Assembly: GCA_963767125.1 (NCBI GenBank) | Contig: CAVYDB010000007.1 | Coordinates: forward strand, 78,083-142,082 | DNA from: an uncultured Bacteroidota bacterium | Lineage (GTDB): Bacteria; Bacteroidota; Bacteroidia; JABEUT01 | Direction: 5' to 3' | DNA: 64,000 bases | Shown: positions 1 to 10,452 of the stretch, one piece after another | How the letters are laid out: each line of letters starts with the position of its first letter | Numbering within the stretch: the stretch's first letter is position 1 | The notes under the pieces: generated by a model | The model's database searches: none | What the model was told of the DNA's origin: nothing | The model's input: the letters and a program-made list of their open reading frames with translations, nothing else | Made by a program: the position numbers and the translations under genes

Positions 1-673
1 AATAATCACATAAGGCGAGACCTGCAATAAAAGCCGGAATATAATCTGCATGAAGTAGTATGATTAAAATGCCATATACCAAGAACCTTTTCGATGAATT
101 GCCAAACAGGGCAAGTATGGCAAATACTAACATGGAGCCTATGAACTCTATAATCATAGTCCACAGTACATTGTTATAGGGGCGCGTTCCCCCGGTAAAT
201 AATGAGGAGTACAGCCCCTCTTTCAGCGCAGCGAAAAAATCGGGCTCCATATTCCAGAGATGTCCGAACCAGGAACTCTTTGTGTAGGTATTGGCAATAA
301 AAATATTCGTATAAGCCCCTGTTTTCAGAAGAATGTACGATACCAGTACCGAAAACAAAATAGGTACTTCCAGCCTGAAATATCTTCTAATTACTGACGA
401 GCGGAGATATTCTGTATCTTTTGAAATAAAATAATGATAGCTAAGTGCATATCCGCTTATTACAAAAAAGAGTGATATGGCAAAACTGGCATTATAAAAA
501 ATACTGACTGGCGTTAAGGCTATGGTATGCTCTATATTGTTATTCGTATGCACATATTGTGGTTCAAACTGGAAAAAACCCGGATAGAAACTTAACAGGT
601 AATGGTAAAAAACCACCATCAGGGCTGCCATGCCCCGTATGCCATCAATGTATTGTATCCTGTTTTGTTTCAT
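1..673 (-). CDS. Acyltransferase family 3 (membrane O-acyltransferase), N-terminal part; gene runs off the window start
   Basis: Absent from the ORF track because it has no stop in the window. My minus-strand translation from ATG 671-673 reads MKQNRIQYIDGIRGMAALMVVFYHYLLSFYPGFF...SLFFVISGYALSYHYF... and stays open to base 1. The IDG-RG-AAL-VV--H opening plus serial hydrophobic helices is the Acyl_transf_3 pattern. Confidence 0.6.
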   Translation of the reverse strand, partial: MKQNRIQYIDGIRGMAALMVVFYHYLLSFYPGFFQFEPQYVHTNNNIEHTIALTPVSIFYNASFAISLFFVISGYALSYHYFISKDTEYLRSSVIRRYFRLEVPILFSVLVSYILLKTGAYTNIFIANTYTKSSWFGHLWNMEPDFFAALKEGLYSSLFTGGTRPYNNVLWTMIIEFIGSMLVFAILALFGNSSKRFLVYGILIILLHADYIPAFIAGLALCDY

Positions 674-737
674 AGAAGTCGGCAAATGCCAAATGAGATT
701 CATTTACAATTTACAAGTAAGCATTTGCAATTATCCA

Positions 738-2054
738 TCAGGCTAATTTTTCAAGTGCTTGCAGGCGAATTCTCATTTCCTTTAAAATTTCATCTGCCAG
801 TTTTTCAGAGCAACCGGAGACGAGGCGCACCCCCTGTTCAACAATCAGTTTTCTCGATTCCCTGTCAGGCAAAGTAGTAGCAATATCTGAAAATGCCCTT
901 AATAACCGAAGGCTTACAGCCACATCTGCCTGGGCATACAGGCGTACTTGTTCAAAGGCAGATTCCAGTATCCTGTCAAACCCAAGCCAGGGCACGGTAA
1001 GTCTAAGCGTCCGTTCGGGGTAGTAAAATTCTGTTTGCGGCGCCCGGTGCATCGCAAACTTTATCAGTATGCTGCTCAACTGGTCTATACAATTGATGGC
1101 GGTGCTTGGGTCATTCACCGCAGGAGATACTGCTTTCAACGCTATATCCACTATCTGCAAAATACCAAATTCTATGTCTTCGTCCAGCGTGCGTGTAGGA
1201 CCGATATGAAAGGCTTTCAGTAGCGACTTATCTAACTCAGGCGTGAGTTTTCCATTTCCGGTAATTCCTAAAAGAGGGATGCCCGCCGGAACAAAATGCC
1301 CTACCCTTCTTACTACATGAATACAAATATCGTGGCTCTTTGCAAGCAAAAACAAGCGGTCGGTATCCATAGAGAGTATATACCCGGAAGTATCGCTTAA
1401 TACCGGGGTTCCGGCTTTATCAAGGCGGGTTGCTGAAACGGTTTTTTGTACGGGTTCCCCATCCTTACGCAACTCAGGCAAATCGGTAACTATCATGGCT
1501 TCTGTTTCGCGGGCAATACGGTCAACCAAGTGGGTTACACTCACCGCCCTTGAAATATGAATGATGAAAAACAACAGCCAGGTAACACATAAAAATGCAA
1601 GTATCATAGCCCCGAAAACAGTTACCACCGGGCAAAAAGCGGTAGGTAAATTGCGGGCGGCAGGCAGTGAGCCTATGCAATACAAAAATGTTCCGAGGAA
1701 TATGCCGAGCGTCTGCTGGGTAACCTTATCACGCACAAAACTGATAATAATACGGGGTGAAAACTGGGTAGATGCAAGGGTTAGGGTCATTAATAAAATG
1801 GCAAATACAATAGAGACTACCGTCATCATTGCGGTAGCAATATTGCTTAGTATCAACTGGGCTACCGCAGGGTCTTCGGTGGTGGGGAAAAGCAGGGTGG
1901 GTATCCAGTCTCTAAGATGCGGGTATTTTTCTTCGAGGAAAGACAAATACATCCCTAATGCCCCGATGGCAAGGGCAATAAACAGGGGGCGGATAAGGAA
2001 CCCAACCCGCATATCATTCTTTATCTTACTTAGTGCAAATCTATACCTGCTCAT
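738..2054 (-). CDS. Membrane protein, DUF2254-like architecture
   Basis: 438-aa ORF. The N-terminal half has several TM helices (FLIRPLFIALAIGALGMYL, AMMTVVSIVFAILLMTLTL, VVTVFGAMILAFLCVTWLLFFII) and the C-terminal half is soluble. The family name is from memory of this architecture only. Confidence 0.5.
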   Translation of the reverse strand: MSRYRFALSKIKNDMRVGFLIRPLFIALAIGALGMYLSFLEEKYPHLRDWIPTLLFPTTEDPAVAQLILSNIATAMMTVVSIVFAILLMTLTLASTQFSPRIIISFVRDKVTQQTLGIFLGTFLYCIGSLPAARNLPTAFCPVVTVFGAMILAFLCVTWLLFFIIHISRAVSVTHLVDRIARETEAMIVTDLPELRKDGEPVQKTVSATRLDKAGTPVLSDTSGYILSMDTDRLFLLAKSHDICIHVVRRVGHFVPAGIPLLGITGNGKLTPELDKSLLKAFHIGPTRTLDEDIEFGILQIVDIALKAVSPAVNDPSTAINCIDQLSSILIKFAMHRAPQTEFYYPERTLRLTVPWLGFDRILESAFEQVRLYAQADVAVSLRLLRAFSDIATTLPDRESRKLIVEQGVRLVSGCSEKLADEILKEMRIRLQALEKLA

Positions 2055-2195
2055 ATTTATCCTCAGCTAATAAAACCAATATGGACAAAGGTAAGGAGTT
2101 TGGAATAACTATGAACGATGAGCGAATCCAATACAACGGAACGCAGATGACGCAGATGATTATGATTAGCACTGATAAAATCAGTAAAAACCCCG

Positions 2196-2510
2196 TAAGC
2201 CCTGATTTGCAATCAGTGCTGGCTTTATGTTTAATTTATACTTAAATCCTTTCATCACTCTTTACTTGAATTCATATCGCAAAGTAACCAAAACTTACCA
2301 ATTGCATAGGTAATTATTGCAAATCAGCATGAGGGTTAGCTCCATCGGAGCGTTCTGTTTATAGAAAAGCATGAAAGTACAGATAACCCACAGCTCCATA
2401 GGAGCGACCTGTTGAGTTGAATGGAATAAAGAATTGGTCGCTCCTATGAAGCTTTAATGGTTGGGGTAATATACATTTCTACAAACAGGTCGCCCCTGCC
2501 GGGGCTACGA
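2196..2510. repeat. Cluster of small dispersed hairpin/MITE-like repeat units upstream of feoA
   Basis: GCTCC-ATN-GGAGC hairpins at 2339-2351 and 2393-2405. A 9-bp inverted repeat GGAGCGACC/GGTCGCTCC spans 2401-2444. The inverted pair CTGATTTGCAAT/ATTGCAAATCAG lies at 2202-2213/2316-2327. The 26-mer CAAACAGGTCGCCCCTGCCGGGGCTA at 2482-2507 recurs at 15878-15903. Confidence 0.7.
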
Positions 2511-2619
2511 ACACAGTATTTCCAAAACTGTTGCTCCACAAGGACAGCCCGAATACCTCAAACGCGGTATGTGCCTCTTATCAACAAGATATTAACTTTG
2601 TCTTTCAAAAATTTCCCCG

Positions 2620-2856
2620 ATGGCTGAAAAAGTATGTACCCTCGATAAATTAAAACCCGGTGAATCGGGCTGTATTGTTTCCTTTAATGATGAAGAAAAT
2701 GCGCTGAAATTCATGGAGATGGGATGCACCCCCGGAGAGGTTGTGCTAATGGACAGCTATGCACCGCTTGGTGACCCGGTTGCCATTATTGTTTCGGGAT
2801 ATAAATTAAGCCTCCGCAGGTCAGAAGCGGCATATATTAATATTAGTTGTCAGTAA
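2620..2856 (+). CDS. feoA: Ferrous iron transport protein A (FeoA)
   Basis: 78 aa, LKPGESGCIV...MGCTPGEVVLM...GDPVAIIVSGYKLSLRRSEA is the FeoA SH3-like pattern. It lies directly upstream of feoB. Confidence 0.9.
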   Translation: MAEKVCTLDKLKPGESGCIVSFNDEENALKFMEMGCTPGEVVLMDSYAPLGDPVAIIVSGYKLSLRRSEAAYINISCQ

Positions 2857-2935
2857 TCAGTTGTCAGTCAAAAGTTTGTAAAGTTAAATTCATTATCAAA
2901 TCACCAAATTATCAAATTAATCAATTAGTTCTTTC

Positions 2936-5098
2936 ATGTTCGAGAAGCGAAAATTAAAAAGAGATACTTCCATGCCAACCTTAAAGGTTGCCCTGATGGG
3001 TAACCCGAATAGCGGGAAGTCCACTCTTTTTAATGCGCTTACCGGGATGAACCAGCAAACGGGAAATTACCCGGGCGTTACTGTTGAGAAACGCACGGGT
3101 GAAACTATCCTGAAAGATGAAACAGGAAAAACTGCCTTTGTCTCTTTTCTTGATTTGCCGGGTACTTACAGCATGTATCCTAAAACATTAGATGAGGAGG
3201 TTTGCTATAAAGTGTTATGTGATAATACGGACGAAGACCACCCTGATGCGGTGTTAGTGGTTGCCGATTCCACCAATTTACGCCGGAGCCTTTTCCTCAC
3301 CACCCAGGTTATTGACCTCGGAATTCCCTGTGTGCTGGTGATGAATATGATGGATTTTGCCCGTTTACGGGGACTTGAAATAGATGCTGCCAAACTTTCT
3401 GACCTGCTTGGAATACCGGTGGTTGCAACCAATGCCCGTAAAAAAGTGGGGATGGACAAACTGAAAAAAGCTATCCTGAATGAATTACATATTCCATCGA
3501 AGACATTTCTCAATATAGGGAATTTCACTTCTCCCGAAATGCTGAAAACAGTGCAGGATATGTTTCCCGGTGAAAGTTCTTACGGAGCATTTCAACTGGT
3601 AAATAATCAAACAGGAATTTCACATTTTGAAGCTATACCGTATAAAAAAGAGGAGATAAAAAAGTTGATAAAAACCTATCACTTTGAAAAGCACAAAGTC
3701 CAGTCGGAAGAGACTATAGCGAGATACAAAGCTATTAATGAGGTAATAAAAGAGTGTGTAACTATTAATGAAGAAGAGAAGAAAAAATCTATTACGGCAA
3801 GGGTAGATAAAATCCTTACGCATAAGGTTTGGGGATACTTTTTCTTTTTACTCATTCTGTTTGTCATTTTCCAGAGCATATTTCTTATTGCCAAATACCC
3901 GATGGATGCTATAGAGTTTTGCTTCATCAAAATTTCAGAGTTCGGGAAGAATGTATTGCCACCCGGTGAGCTTTCCTCCCTGCTTATTAATGGAATTTTA
4001 GCAGGGTTAAGCGGGGTAGTAGTATTCGTTCCGCAAATAGCGTTACTCTTTGCATTCATCGCCATATTAGAAGATACAGGCTATATGGCAAGGGCAAGTT
4101 TTTTGATGGATAAACTGATGCGCCCTTTAGGGTTAAATGGCCGCTCCGTTATTCCCCTGATGAGCGGCATGGCTTGCGCAGTGCCGGCAATTATGGGCAC
4201 ACGCACCATCCCCAACTGGAAGGAAAGGATTACTACCATTATGGTTACACCGCTTATGAGTTGCTCTGCCCGGTTACCTGTTTATACTTTGCTTATAGCG
4301 CTGGTAATTCCTTCTACCCATAATTATGGCTATTTTAATTTGCAGGGGCTGGTGCTGATGGGGCTTTACCTGTTAGGCTTTATATCTGCACTGGGGGCTG
4401 CATTTGTAATAAAAATGCTTATCAAATCAAGGGAGAAAAGTTATTTTATGATGGAGATGCCTCTTTACCGGGTTCCAAAATTATCGGGTGTGGGGCTGAC
4501 GATTTATCAAAAATCATTTATTTTTTTACGCGATGCAGGAAAAGTAATTATTGCTATTTCGGTAATACTATGGGTAATGGCTTCACATGGTCCACCATCT
4601 AAAATGAAAGCCGCCGAAACTGCGTACACCAATGCTGATTCAGTGAAAAAATACAGCCCGCAACAAATACAGAGTTTTGTGGCTGCCGGAAAATTAAAGG
4701 AATCGTATGCCGGAAATGCAGGCAGATGGATTGAACCGGCTATAAAACCCCTCGGCTTCGACTGGAAAATTGGCATAGCGCTTATCACTTCATTTGCTGC
4801 AAGAGAAGTGTTTGTAGGTACTATGGCTACGCTTTACAGCGCCGAAGGAGCTGACAACAACCTCTCCATTCGCGAAAAAATGGCTACTGCCATAAACCCC
4901 GACACAGGTAAAAAAGAATATACTGCCGCAGTAGGTTTTTCGCTGATGCTCTTTTATGCTTTTGCCATGCAGTGCATGAGTACGCTGGCGGTAGTTTACC
5001 GGGAAACCAAAAGCATTAAATGGCCTGTATTCCAGTTTTTTTATATGGGCGGACTGGCATGGCTGGCAAGCTTCCTGGTGTTTACGCTGGCGAAGTAA
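2936..5098 (+). CDS. feoB: Ferrous iron transporter FeoB (start more likely at Met 2972)
   Basis: N-terminal G domain (VALMGNPNSGKSTLFNALTG, DLPGTYS, NMMD) followed by a polytopic membrane domain. Size 708-720 aa. Confidence 0.95.
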   Translation: MFEKRKLKRDTSMPTLKVALMGNPNSGKSTLFNALTGMNQQTGNYPGVTVEKRTGETILKDETGKTAFVSFLDLPGTYSMYPKTLDEEVCYKVLCDNTDEDHPDAVLVVADSTNLRRSLFLTTQVIDLGIPCVLVMNMMDFARLRGLEIDAAKLSDLLGIPVVATNARKKVGMDKLKKAILNELHIPSKTFLNIGNFTSPEMLKTVQDMFPGESSYGAFQLVNNQTGISHFEAIPYKKEEIKKLIKTYHFEKHKVQSEETIARYKAINEVIKECVTINEEEKKKSITARVDKILTHKVWGYFFFLLILFVIFQSIFLIAKYPMDAIEFCFIKISEFGKNVLPPGELSSLLINGILAGLSGVVVFVPQIALLFAFIAILEDTGYMARASFLMDKLMRPLGLNGRSVIPLMSGMACAVPAIMGTRTIPNWKERITTIMVTPLMSCSARLPVYTLLIALVIPSTHNYGYFNLQGLVLMGLYLLGFISALGAAFVIKMLIKSREKSYFMMEMPLYRVPKLSGVGLTIYQKSFIFLRDAGKVIIAISVILWVMASHGPPSKMKAAETAYTNADSVKKYSPQQIQSFVAAGKLKESYAGNAGRWIEPAIKPLGFDWKIGIALITSFAAREVFVGTMATLYSAEGADNNLSIREKMATAINPDTGKKEYTAAVGFSLMLFYAFAMQCMSTLAVVYRETKSIKWPVFQFFYMGGLAWLASFLVFTLAK

Positions 5099-5111
5099 GA
5101 CCCTACCCCTT

Positions 5112-5131
5112 CCTTCCCCCGGAAGGGAAGG
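5112..5131 (+). terminator. Hairpin after feoB (CCTTCCC-N6-GGGAAGG), no clear U-tract
   Basis: Perfect 7-bp stem seen 14 nt after the feoB stop. Similar C/G-run hairpins follow two T9SS genes (35290-35310, 36805-36825). Confidence 0.3.
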
Positions 5132-5310
5132 CTTATCTGTAATTTCCTACAAATCACTTATCTGAATTCGAGCACAGCATTTCTCTCCCATACTTTGTGT
5201 TCTTTGCGTGGCTGCTTACTTAGTCAAGATATTTTTAAGAACTTTCAGCATTTCTCCGTGAAACTCTGCTCACCCGGTGGGCTCTGTGTGTTGAAAAGTC
5301 TTTTATCTCC

Positions 5311-6996
5311 TTATTGGATATTTTCGTGAACAAGCTTAGTAGAAAAGTTCACATTTTCATCTTTGATGTTCAGGATGTACACGCCATTAGCTACAGACAA
5401 ATTTACCGGCAATTTCATCATTCCCCCTTCCTGTGCCGTTACAGCATTCCATTGCTGAATCAGCCGCCCGGTAATATCAATAAGCCTTACTACGGCATTT
5501 TTTAAATTGGCACCGGGCTGAATAAAAATATTATTGGTAAATGGATTAGTAATAATAAAAGAATTATTTTCATCTGAAATTGTTTGATTGACCCCGGTAG
5601 TTACGCTGCATGAGTTGGGAATAGGGTTTAATTCAATAGGGCTGCCGGGAGTAAGGGTTTGCCCTGCCAGCCCGCTATAAGCAGGTAAATAAAACACACA
5701 CCGGAAGGTATTGTTATTAACCGGCACCGTATATTGTGCAAGAGGTCCTGAAGCATTTACAGGGTTTACATAGTCCCACACAGAATCTTGAGCGGTATCT
5801 ATCACTTCGAAAAAACGCCCTGCTGTAGCCTGGCAAATAAGGGTATTTCCATTAGGCAGCCTTTGTCCGCTACCCATAACCTGCGAATAGAAATCAGTTG
5901 GAACAGGCGTCTTGTAACTCCAATCTGCCGCAGCCGGACCATACGCTTGTCCTGAATCAAGGGTATAATTACCTGTGGAATCAATAGGAGGGTTAATAAT
6001 ATCTACCGAGGAGGCATTACCGCCCGGACGTCCCAGTCCATTATTGAATACCATTATTTTGCCGGCATCGCGGTAGCCTGCAGGTATCCATGAGGGGTTA
6101 TGCTGGGTAAACAACATTCTGTTTGCGGGTGCACCTCTGTCATAAGCCTGCGGATTGCCCCAGCGGTATAAAAAATCACCCCCTTTGCCATATCTTCCTC
6201 CGGAGTGTAAAGCTGCCTGGGCAGTAGTGGTGCTATGGTCAATAATATAAATTTCGGAAAGGCTGCGAAAGCTGAACAAGACTTGGTCCAATACCGAATC
6301 GTAGCTAATGCCGTTCATGTGCAGCCAGTCAGCCGATCCATTCCCAAATATTCCCGTATAGTTCAGGTTTAATAATTCAGGATGGTTTGCAACCACTCCA
6401 TAATTGGGCTTAGTGCTATCAAAGTCTTGCACTAAATGGTCCCAGGCACGCCATTGCCATACAATAATGCCAGAATCGGTTCCGATGGGTTGAATCTCCT
6501 CTAATTTTGCGCTCCAAATAGAAGTACCAAGTAAAAATGGATTTCTTCCCGATGCAACAGATGTTGCTGAACTAATGTATTCCCAAACTATAGCAATAAC
6601 ATTGCCATTAGGCATAGGGCATGCATCATGGTTTTGGGTTTCCGTATCCGAAGAAATAGTATAGGACCACAATAGGTTGCTATTCCAGTCGTATTTGGCA
6701 ATGAGCCCCCCGGTAGAGCCATTACCGGTGAATACAGTATTAGCTACCGCTTCGGTTCTTAATAAAGTACCATCAGGAAGCAAGTACACTGAAAGTCCCG
6801 GCGTTCTGTTGCTTGACCACTCATGTATTTTTCTGCCACATTTATCTATCAAATAAGTGGTGTCGGAATATTGAGGACCAAATAAAACATACCCGTCCAG
6901 TGAGCCGGGAGATTCATCAAATAACCCTACCGTTTGCTGAGATTGGGATGTTAAATAAAGCAAGCAAAAAAGCAGTGTTGTAAAAATAATCTTCAT
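5311..6996 (-). CDS. Arylsulfotransferase (ASST)-like secreted protein with T9SS C-terminal sorting domain
   Basis: Signal peptide MKIIFTTLLFCLLYLTSQSQ (the track start 7020 is TTG; ATG is at 6996). The N-terminal DGYVLFGP..SDTTYLIDKCGRKIHEW...YLLPDGTLLRT resembles the Arylsulfotran_2 family. The C-terminus ...RLIDITGRLIQQW...NGVYILNIKDENVNFSTKLV is CTD-like. Confidence 0.55.
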   Translation of the reverse strand: MKIIFTTLLFCLLYLTSQSQQTVGLFDESPGSLDGYVLFGPQYSDTTYLIDKCGRKIHEWSSNRTPGLSVYLLPDGTLLRTEAVANTVFTGNGSTGGLIAKYDWNSNLLWSYTISSDTETQNHDACPMPNGNVIAIVWEYISSATSVASGRNPFLLGTSIWSAKLEEIQPIGTDSGIIVWQWRAWDHLVQDFDSTKPNYGVVANHPELLNLNYTGIFGNGSADWLHMNGISYDSVLDQVLFSFRSLSEIYIIDHSTTTAQAALHSGGRYGKGGDFLYRWGNPQAYDRGAPANRMLFTQHNPSWIPAGYRDAGKIMVFNNGLGRPGGNASSVDIINPPIDSTGNYTLDSGQAYGPAAADWSYKTPVPTDFYSQVMGSGQRLPNGNTLICQATAGRFFEVIDTAQDSVWDYVNPVNASGPLAQYTVPVNNNTFRCVFYLPAYSGLAGQTLTPGSPIELNPIPNSCSVTTGVNQTISDENNSFIITNPFTNNIFIQPGANLKNAVVRLIDITGRLIQQWNAVTAQEGGMMKLPVNLSVANGVYILNIKDENVNFSTKLVHENIQ

Positions 6997-7255
6997 AATT
7001 TTTTTTATTTGTCGAGGCAAAAGTAATACTTAAAGGAAAATTAAATGTTATAGAATTTGGAAATATATTTATAAAATTCTATCCTGTTTTTACGTCTCCG
7101 GCTTTTGAGGGGCTATATTGTTGTTCAAAATTATTGAAACAGGGAGACCTGCTGCAAACTTTTTATTACTTGTAATAAGTCGCCAATTTTAATCCCCGGA
7201 ATTCCGATATTTGCATCAGGCAATTCATTCTATTCAACCCTATTTTTACCTCATT

Positions 7256-7663
7256 ATGAAATACAACATCGGCACTAAAGACAAACCCGTGCCACTTAAA
7301 ACCCCACCGCTTTCTTCGGAATATACCATGCACACAGAGGAAAAAGATGGCAAGGAAGTGCTGGTATGCACCGTCGGCAAAACCATATTACATTATGATA
7401 TACGGTGCCTCAACGATCTGCATGCTATGCTTAAAAAGCATGGCGACTGGATGGAACTCGGTAGCGCCGATGAACAAAAACCAGCTAAAGAAGGTACGGT
7501 AGAAGCCTGGGGACGCTCTGAAAAGAACCCTGTGGGCGGATGGTATGGATTAAAGAAAGGTTTGCGTGGACGATTTGGTATGTATGTACCTCCACTTATG
7601 GAAAAGCTGGGGCTTGCTGAGTTAACCCATGAAGCAAAGGGAAATAAAATGAAGGCGAAATAG
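7256..7663 (+). CDS. Hypothetical protein
   Basis: The track ORF starts at TTG 7211; the first ATG (MKYNIGTKDKP) is at 7256. No motif recognised. Confidence 0.5.
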   Translation: MKYNIGTKDKPVPLKTPPLSSEYTMHTEEKDGKEVLVCTVGKTILHYDIRCLNDLHAMLKKHGDWMELGSADEQKPAKEGTVEAWGRSEKNPVGGWYGLKKGLRGRFGMYVPPLMEKLGLAELTHEAKGNKMKAK

Positions 7664-8003
7664 AGTTTTCTTTATTCAGAAAGAAAGGTATCGTCGTTTT
7701 CTCTCCGTCTCATTTTATTTTTTATAAAAACCTTGCTTGATGAAAGCCACAACAAGAGAAGTGGGGCGATAAGCAAAAAACTGAATGCATATTTTATAAT
7801 TGCCTGGGTATTCAATGTTATAAAAATTAGTTCTTTCATTTTTAAATATTATGAGGACGCAATTTTATTACTACCCGGACAAGTAAAGTATGATTTAAAA
7901 CAGGAAAGCAGATGATTTTTTCCTCCGGACGCTAATTATTTGTAACTTCAAACGGGGTGATGGTCATACCTGACTAAACTTCTTTATCAGGCCATGCATT
8001 CCA

Positions 8004-8567
8004 TTATTTTTTTATTTCGTACCATAGCTCCACCATGCCGCTTTTATAGGCTGTTATATCTTTCAGGTGAAGTGCCCCTTCTTGCTCAGGCTGGTTAAAA
8101 AGCCGCGTCCCCTCCCCTAATAATATTGGCATAACAGATACTCTTATTTCATCTGCCAGCTGCAGCCTGATGAAATGTTGGACAAGCATGGCTCCGCCTA
8201 CCACCCACACATTTTTGTATTTGGCTTTCAGGTGTTCATTCACCAACTTATTAAGGTCCCCCGAATAAATCGTAATGTTCCGCTTCTCAACAGGCAAGTT
8301 TCTGCTGCTTATTACAATAGTTGGTGTATCACCATAAGCCCAGCCATACAACTTTGAAAGCTCCAGTGCATGTTCATAGGTATGCGAGCCCATAACATAG
8401 CAATCTATCGTTTTAAGAAATTCACCGGTCTGTTGCTCCGTAATTTCCAGTCCTTTATCAAAGTGGTCATTGGTCTCGAACCAGGAAACGCTATTGTCTT
8501 TTTTGGCAATAATTCCGTCGAGGCTTGAAACAATATGAATGGTTATTTTAAAGGGTGATACCGTCAT
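8004..8567 (-). CDS. Dihydrofolate reductase family protein (RibD C-terminal domain type)
   Basis: 187 aa. ITIHIVSSLDGIIAKKD...WVVGGAMLVQHFIRLQLADEIRVSVMPILLGEGTRLF matches the RibD_C/DHFR-like pattern. Confidence 0.7.
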   Translation of the reverse strand: MTVSPFKITIHIVSSLDGIIAKKDNSVSWFETNDHFDKGLEITEQQTGEFLKTIDCYVMGSHTYEHALELSKLYGWAYGDTPTIVISSRNLPVEKRNITIYSGDLNKLVNEHLKAKYKNVWVVGGAMLVQHFIRLQLADEIRVSVMPILLGEGTRLFNQPEQEGALHLKDITAYKSGMVELWYEIKK

Positions 8568-8840
8568 TTATTACCGCAGTAGATATACAAATGTAAAGCA
8601 ATTTTGAAACGGGGGTTTATTGCCCTAACATTGCAATGCTTGGGCACAATGGCCTTTCAAGCGCTACCTGATTTTAGTTGTAAGTTTATCATACATTTTA
8701 TTCACCGCCAACTGCAAGTTATGGGATACCGGGAAAAGTAACTTTTCTTACTTGATTTGCTTCATGCAACAAATTTATGAATAATTATGGTTTTTGTATT
8801 AAACTTTGTTCTTTGCCTTACCTACCCTATTCCCCCCTCC

Positions 8841-10214
8841 TTACAAATAATACGTATCGCCTTTACGATCCAGGTAAAGAGGCGCGAACTTATTTCCCTG
8901 CGCACAATATTTCTCTACCGATTTCTTATCTGTTTCGCAAAGCAAGTAGTCCATGGCATCACTGGCATGACCATATTTCTCGCACACTATGCCGCTATCC
9001 ATTTTATATTTCTCCTTTTGCTTAGCTCCGTTCATATCTTGTTTAAGGTTCAGCAAATCCTGAATAAGATTTTCGCAGGTGGAAGAGATGCTGATTTTCA
9101 ATTCATCATTATTGCTAAATGCCTGGTTAATCCACTCTCCGCGTTTCTTCACCGAGGGTGCCGATTTAGCCACCCTGAATACAGGCTTAAACTCCTTCAG
9201 TTCCTCCCTGATGATTCCGAAATCATTATCCTGGCTGCGGCTGCGTGTGTCAAGGTGGTTGCCCGATGGATCACCATATATAAATATCCCCTCGCATAAA
9301 GAGGCGTCATGAATAACGTCTATACTAAACCAATTTTTAAACTTCCTGCAAATCTCGTAGGTGTTGGAGTCAGGAAAGGGCAGGCATATTTCATGAATAA
9401 AGCGCCGCTCCTCACCCACCGCCTGCATTATTTCAAGCGTGCAGTACGGATGCACATTAAAATCGAAACTCAGGTGCAGGGGGTAGTTGCGGTCGTAAGC
9501 ATATTCCCTCACGTGGCGTGTGGTGGAAAAGCTATGGTAAAATTCATGCCCCGTTTGCCCCTGCGACCAGATTCCAAGAGTCAGGTTCTCATACAAAGTC
9601 TTGTTTGTTTTTGCATTAATGAGCATCTGGTTTTTGTCGCTCTCATCCAAATAAGGGTTATCGTGGAAACTGGTAGTAAATATATAGCTGTCGGGCTCTG
9701 CCGCATCAAAAAAGCGGGCTTTAATCCAGTGGTGCTGGTTAGCAGGGTTAAAGGTGAGGCATACCTGCTTGTAGGTGTCCGATACCCCTCGCAGGCGGTA
9801 TTGCAGTTGGTTATAATCCACCTCATCCAGTTCGGTAGCTTCCTCCACCCATATATGCCTGATGCCATTGATGGATTTTAATTTATTCGGCTCATCAATA
9901 CCCCGGAAAATAATGTCGTTGCCATTGCGTACACACTTGATACGCAAGGGGCTTTGCGTAATTTTAAACAGGAGTTGCCATTCCATCGTATCTATTATTT
10001 CTATCAAATTAGCAAAAACAGATTCCCTGATATCTTCCTTCACCTTGCGCACACACAAGGCCCTGAAAGGGCTTTTTTCATGCAAGGTGCGATACAAGAT
10101 TTTAAATGCGAAGAATTTACTTTTGCCGCTTGCCGCAGTTCCGCAGCAGGCTATAGTACGCACCCGGCTTTCAAAAGCTTTTTCATAACCGGGCAGTATG
10201 TGGAAGGAGGACAT
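8841..10214 (-). CDS. terL: Phage terminase large subunit (PBSX/Terminase_3 type), intact, isolated
   Basis: 457 aa. Walker A is CCGTAASGKSKF and the Walker B/coupling motif is IRHIWVEEATELD. The C-terminal nuclease part has HLSFDFNVHP, IYGDPSG and HASDAMDY. No other phage ORF is adjacent. Confidence 0.85.
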   Translation of the reverse strand: MSSFHILPGYEKAFESRVRTIACCGTAASGKSKFFAFKILYRTLHEKSPFRALCVRKVKEDIRESVFANLIEIIDTMEWQLLFKITQSPLRIKCVRNGNDIIFRGIDEPNKLKSINGIRHIWVEEATELDEVDYNQLQYRLRGVSDTYKQVCLTFNPANQHHWIKARFFDAAEPDSYIFTTSFHDNPYLDESDKNQMLINAKTNKTLYENLTLGIWSQGQTGHEFYHSFSTTRHVREYAYDRNYPLHLSFDFNVHPYCTLEIMQAVGEERRFIHEICLPFPDSNTYEICRKFKNWFSIDVIHDASLCEGIFIYGDPSGNHLDTRSRSQDNDFGIIREELKEFKPVFRVAKSAPSVKKRGEWINQAFSNNDELKISISSTCENLIQDLLNLKQDMNGAKQKEKYKMDSGIVCEKYGHASDAMDYLLCETDKKSVEKYCAQGNKFAPLYLDRKGDTYYL

Positions 10215-10452
10215 AATTTTATACTATCGTTATTGCGAGGCTTCGCGAAGCAATCTCATAAAGTATAGAAACCCGTATGGCACGATAGCTTTGTGAAGCC
10301 ATGCCAGGCCGGTAGTTTTTGGCGTTTTACTTTTCAACCTTTCAACACCCGGGGGATGATTTTCTTCCGGTAATTGTATCCTTTGCCAGCTTTCTTTCAA
10401 GTTGTTTCCCTGTTCTTTTTTGTGGCTACTCTTTACCTGATTTTTATCTACA

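Noticed and set aside
1561-2070. Antisense or overlapping ORFs inside long genes (for example 1561-2070, 3205-4065, 8787-9881, 9862-10268, 28855-29367, 29776-30252, 32346-33323, 39434-40312, 61295-61960)
   Set aside because: They lie opposite or out of frame to ORFs with clear family motifs. They have low-complexity or odd composition and no signals of their own, so I treated them as shadow ORFs.
2520-2620. Fur-box-like operators upstream of feoAB and ferritin (21158-21300)
   Set aside because: I could not find a convincing match to the 19-bp Fur consensus by eye. The AAAGTCATTAAC element upstream of ferritin resembles the late palindrome instead, and is noted only as a caveat.
10230-10400. 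About 57-codon TTG-initiated ORF in the terL leader, considered as a small terminase
   Set aside because: It is too short, has no ATG, and its 3' part is encoded by a dispersed repeat (ATTGCGAGGCTTCGCGAAGCAAT region).
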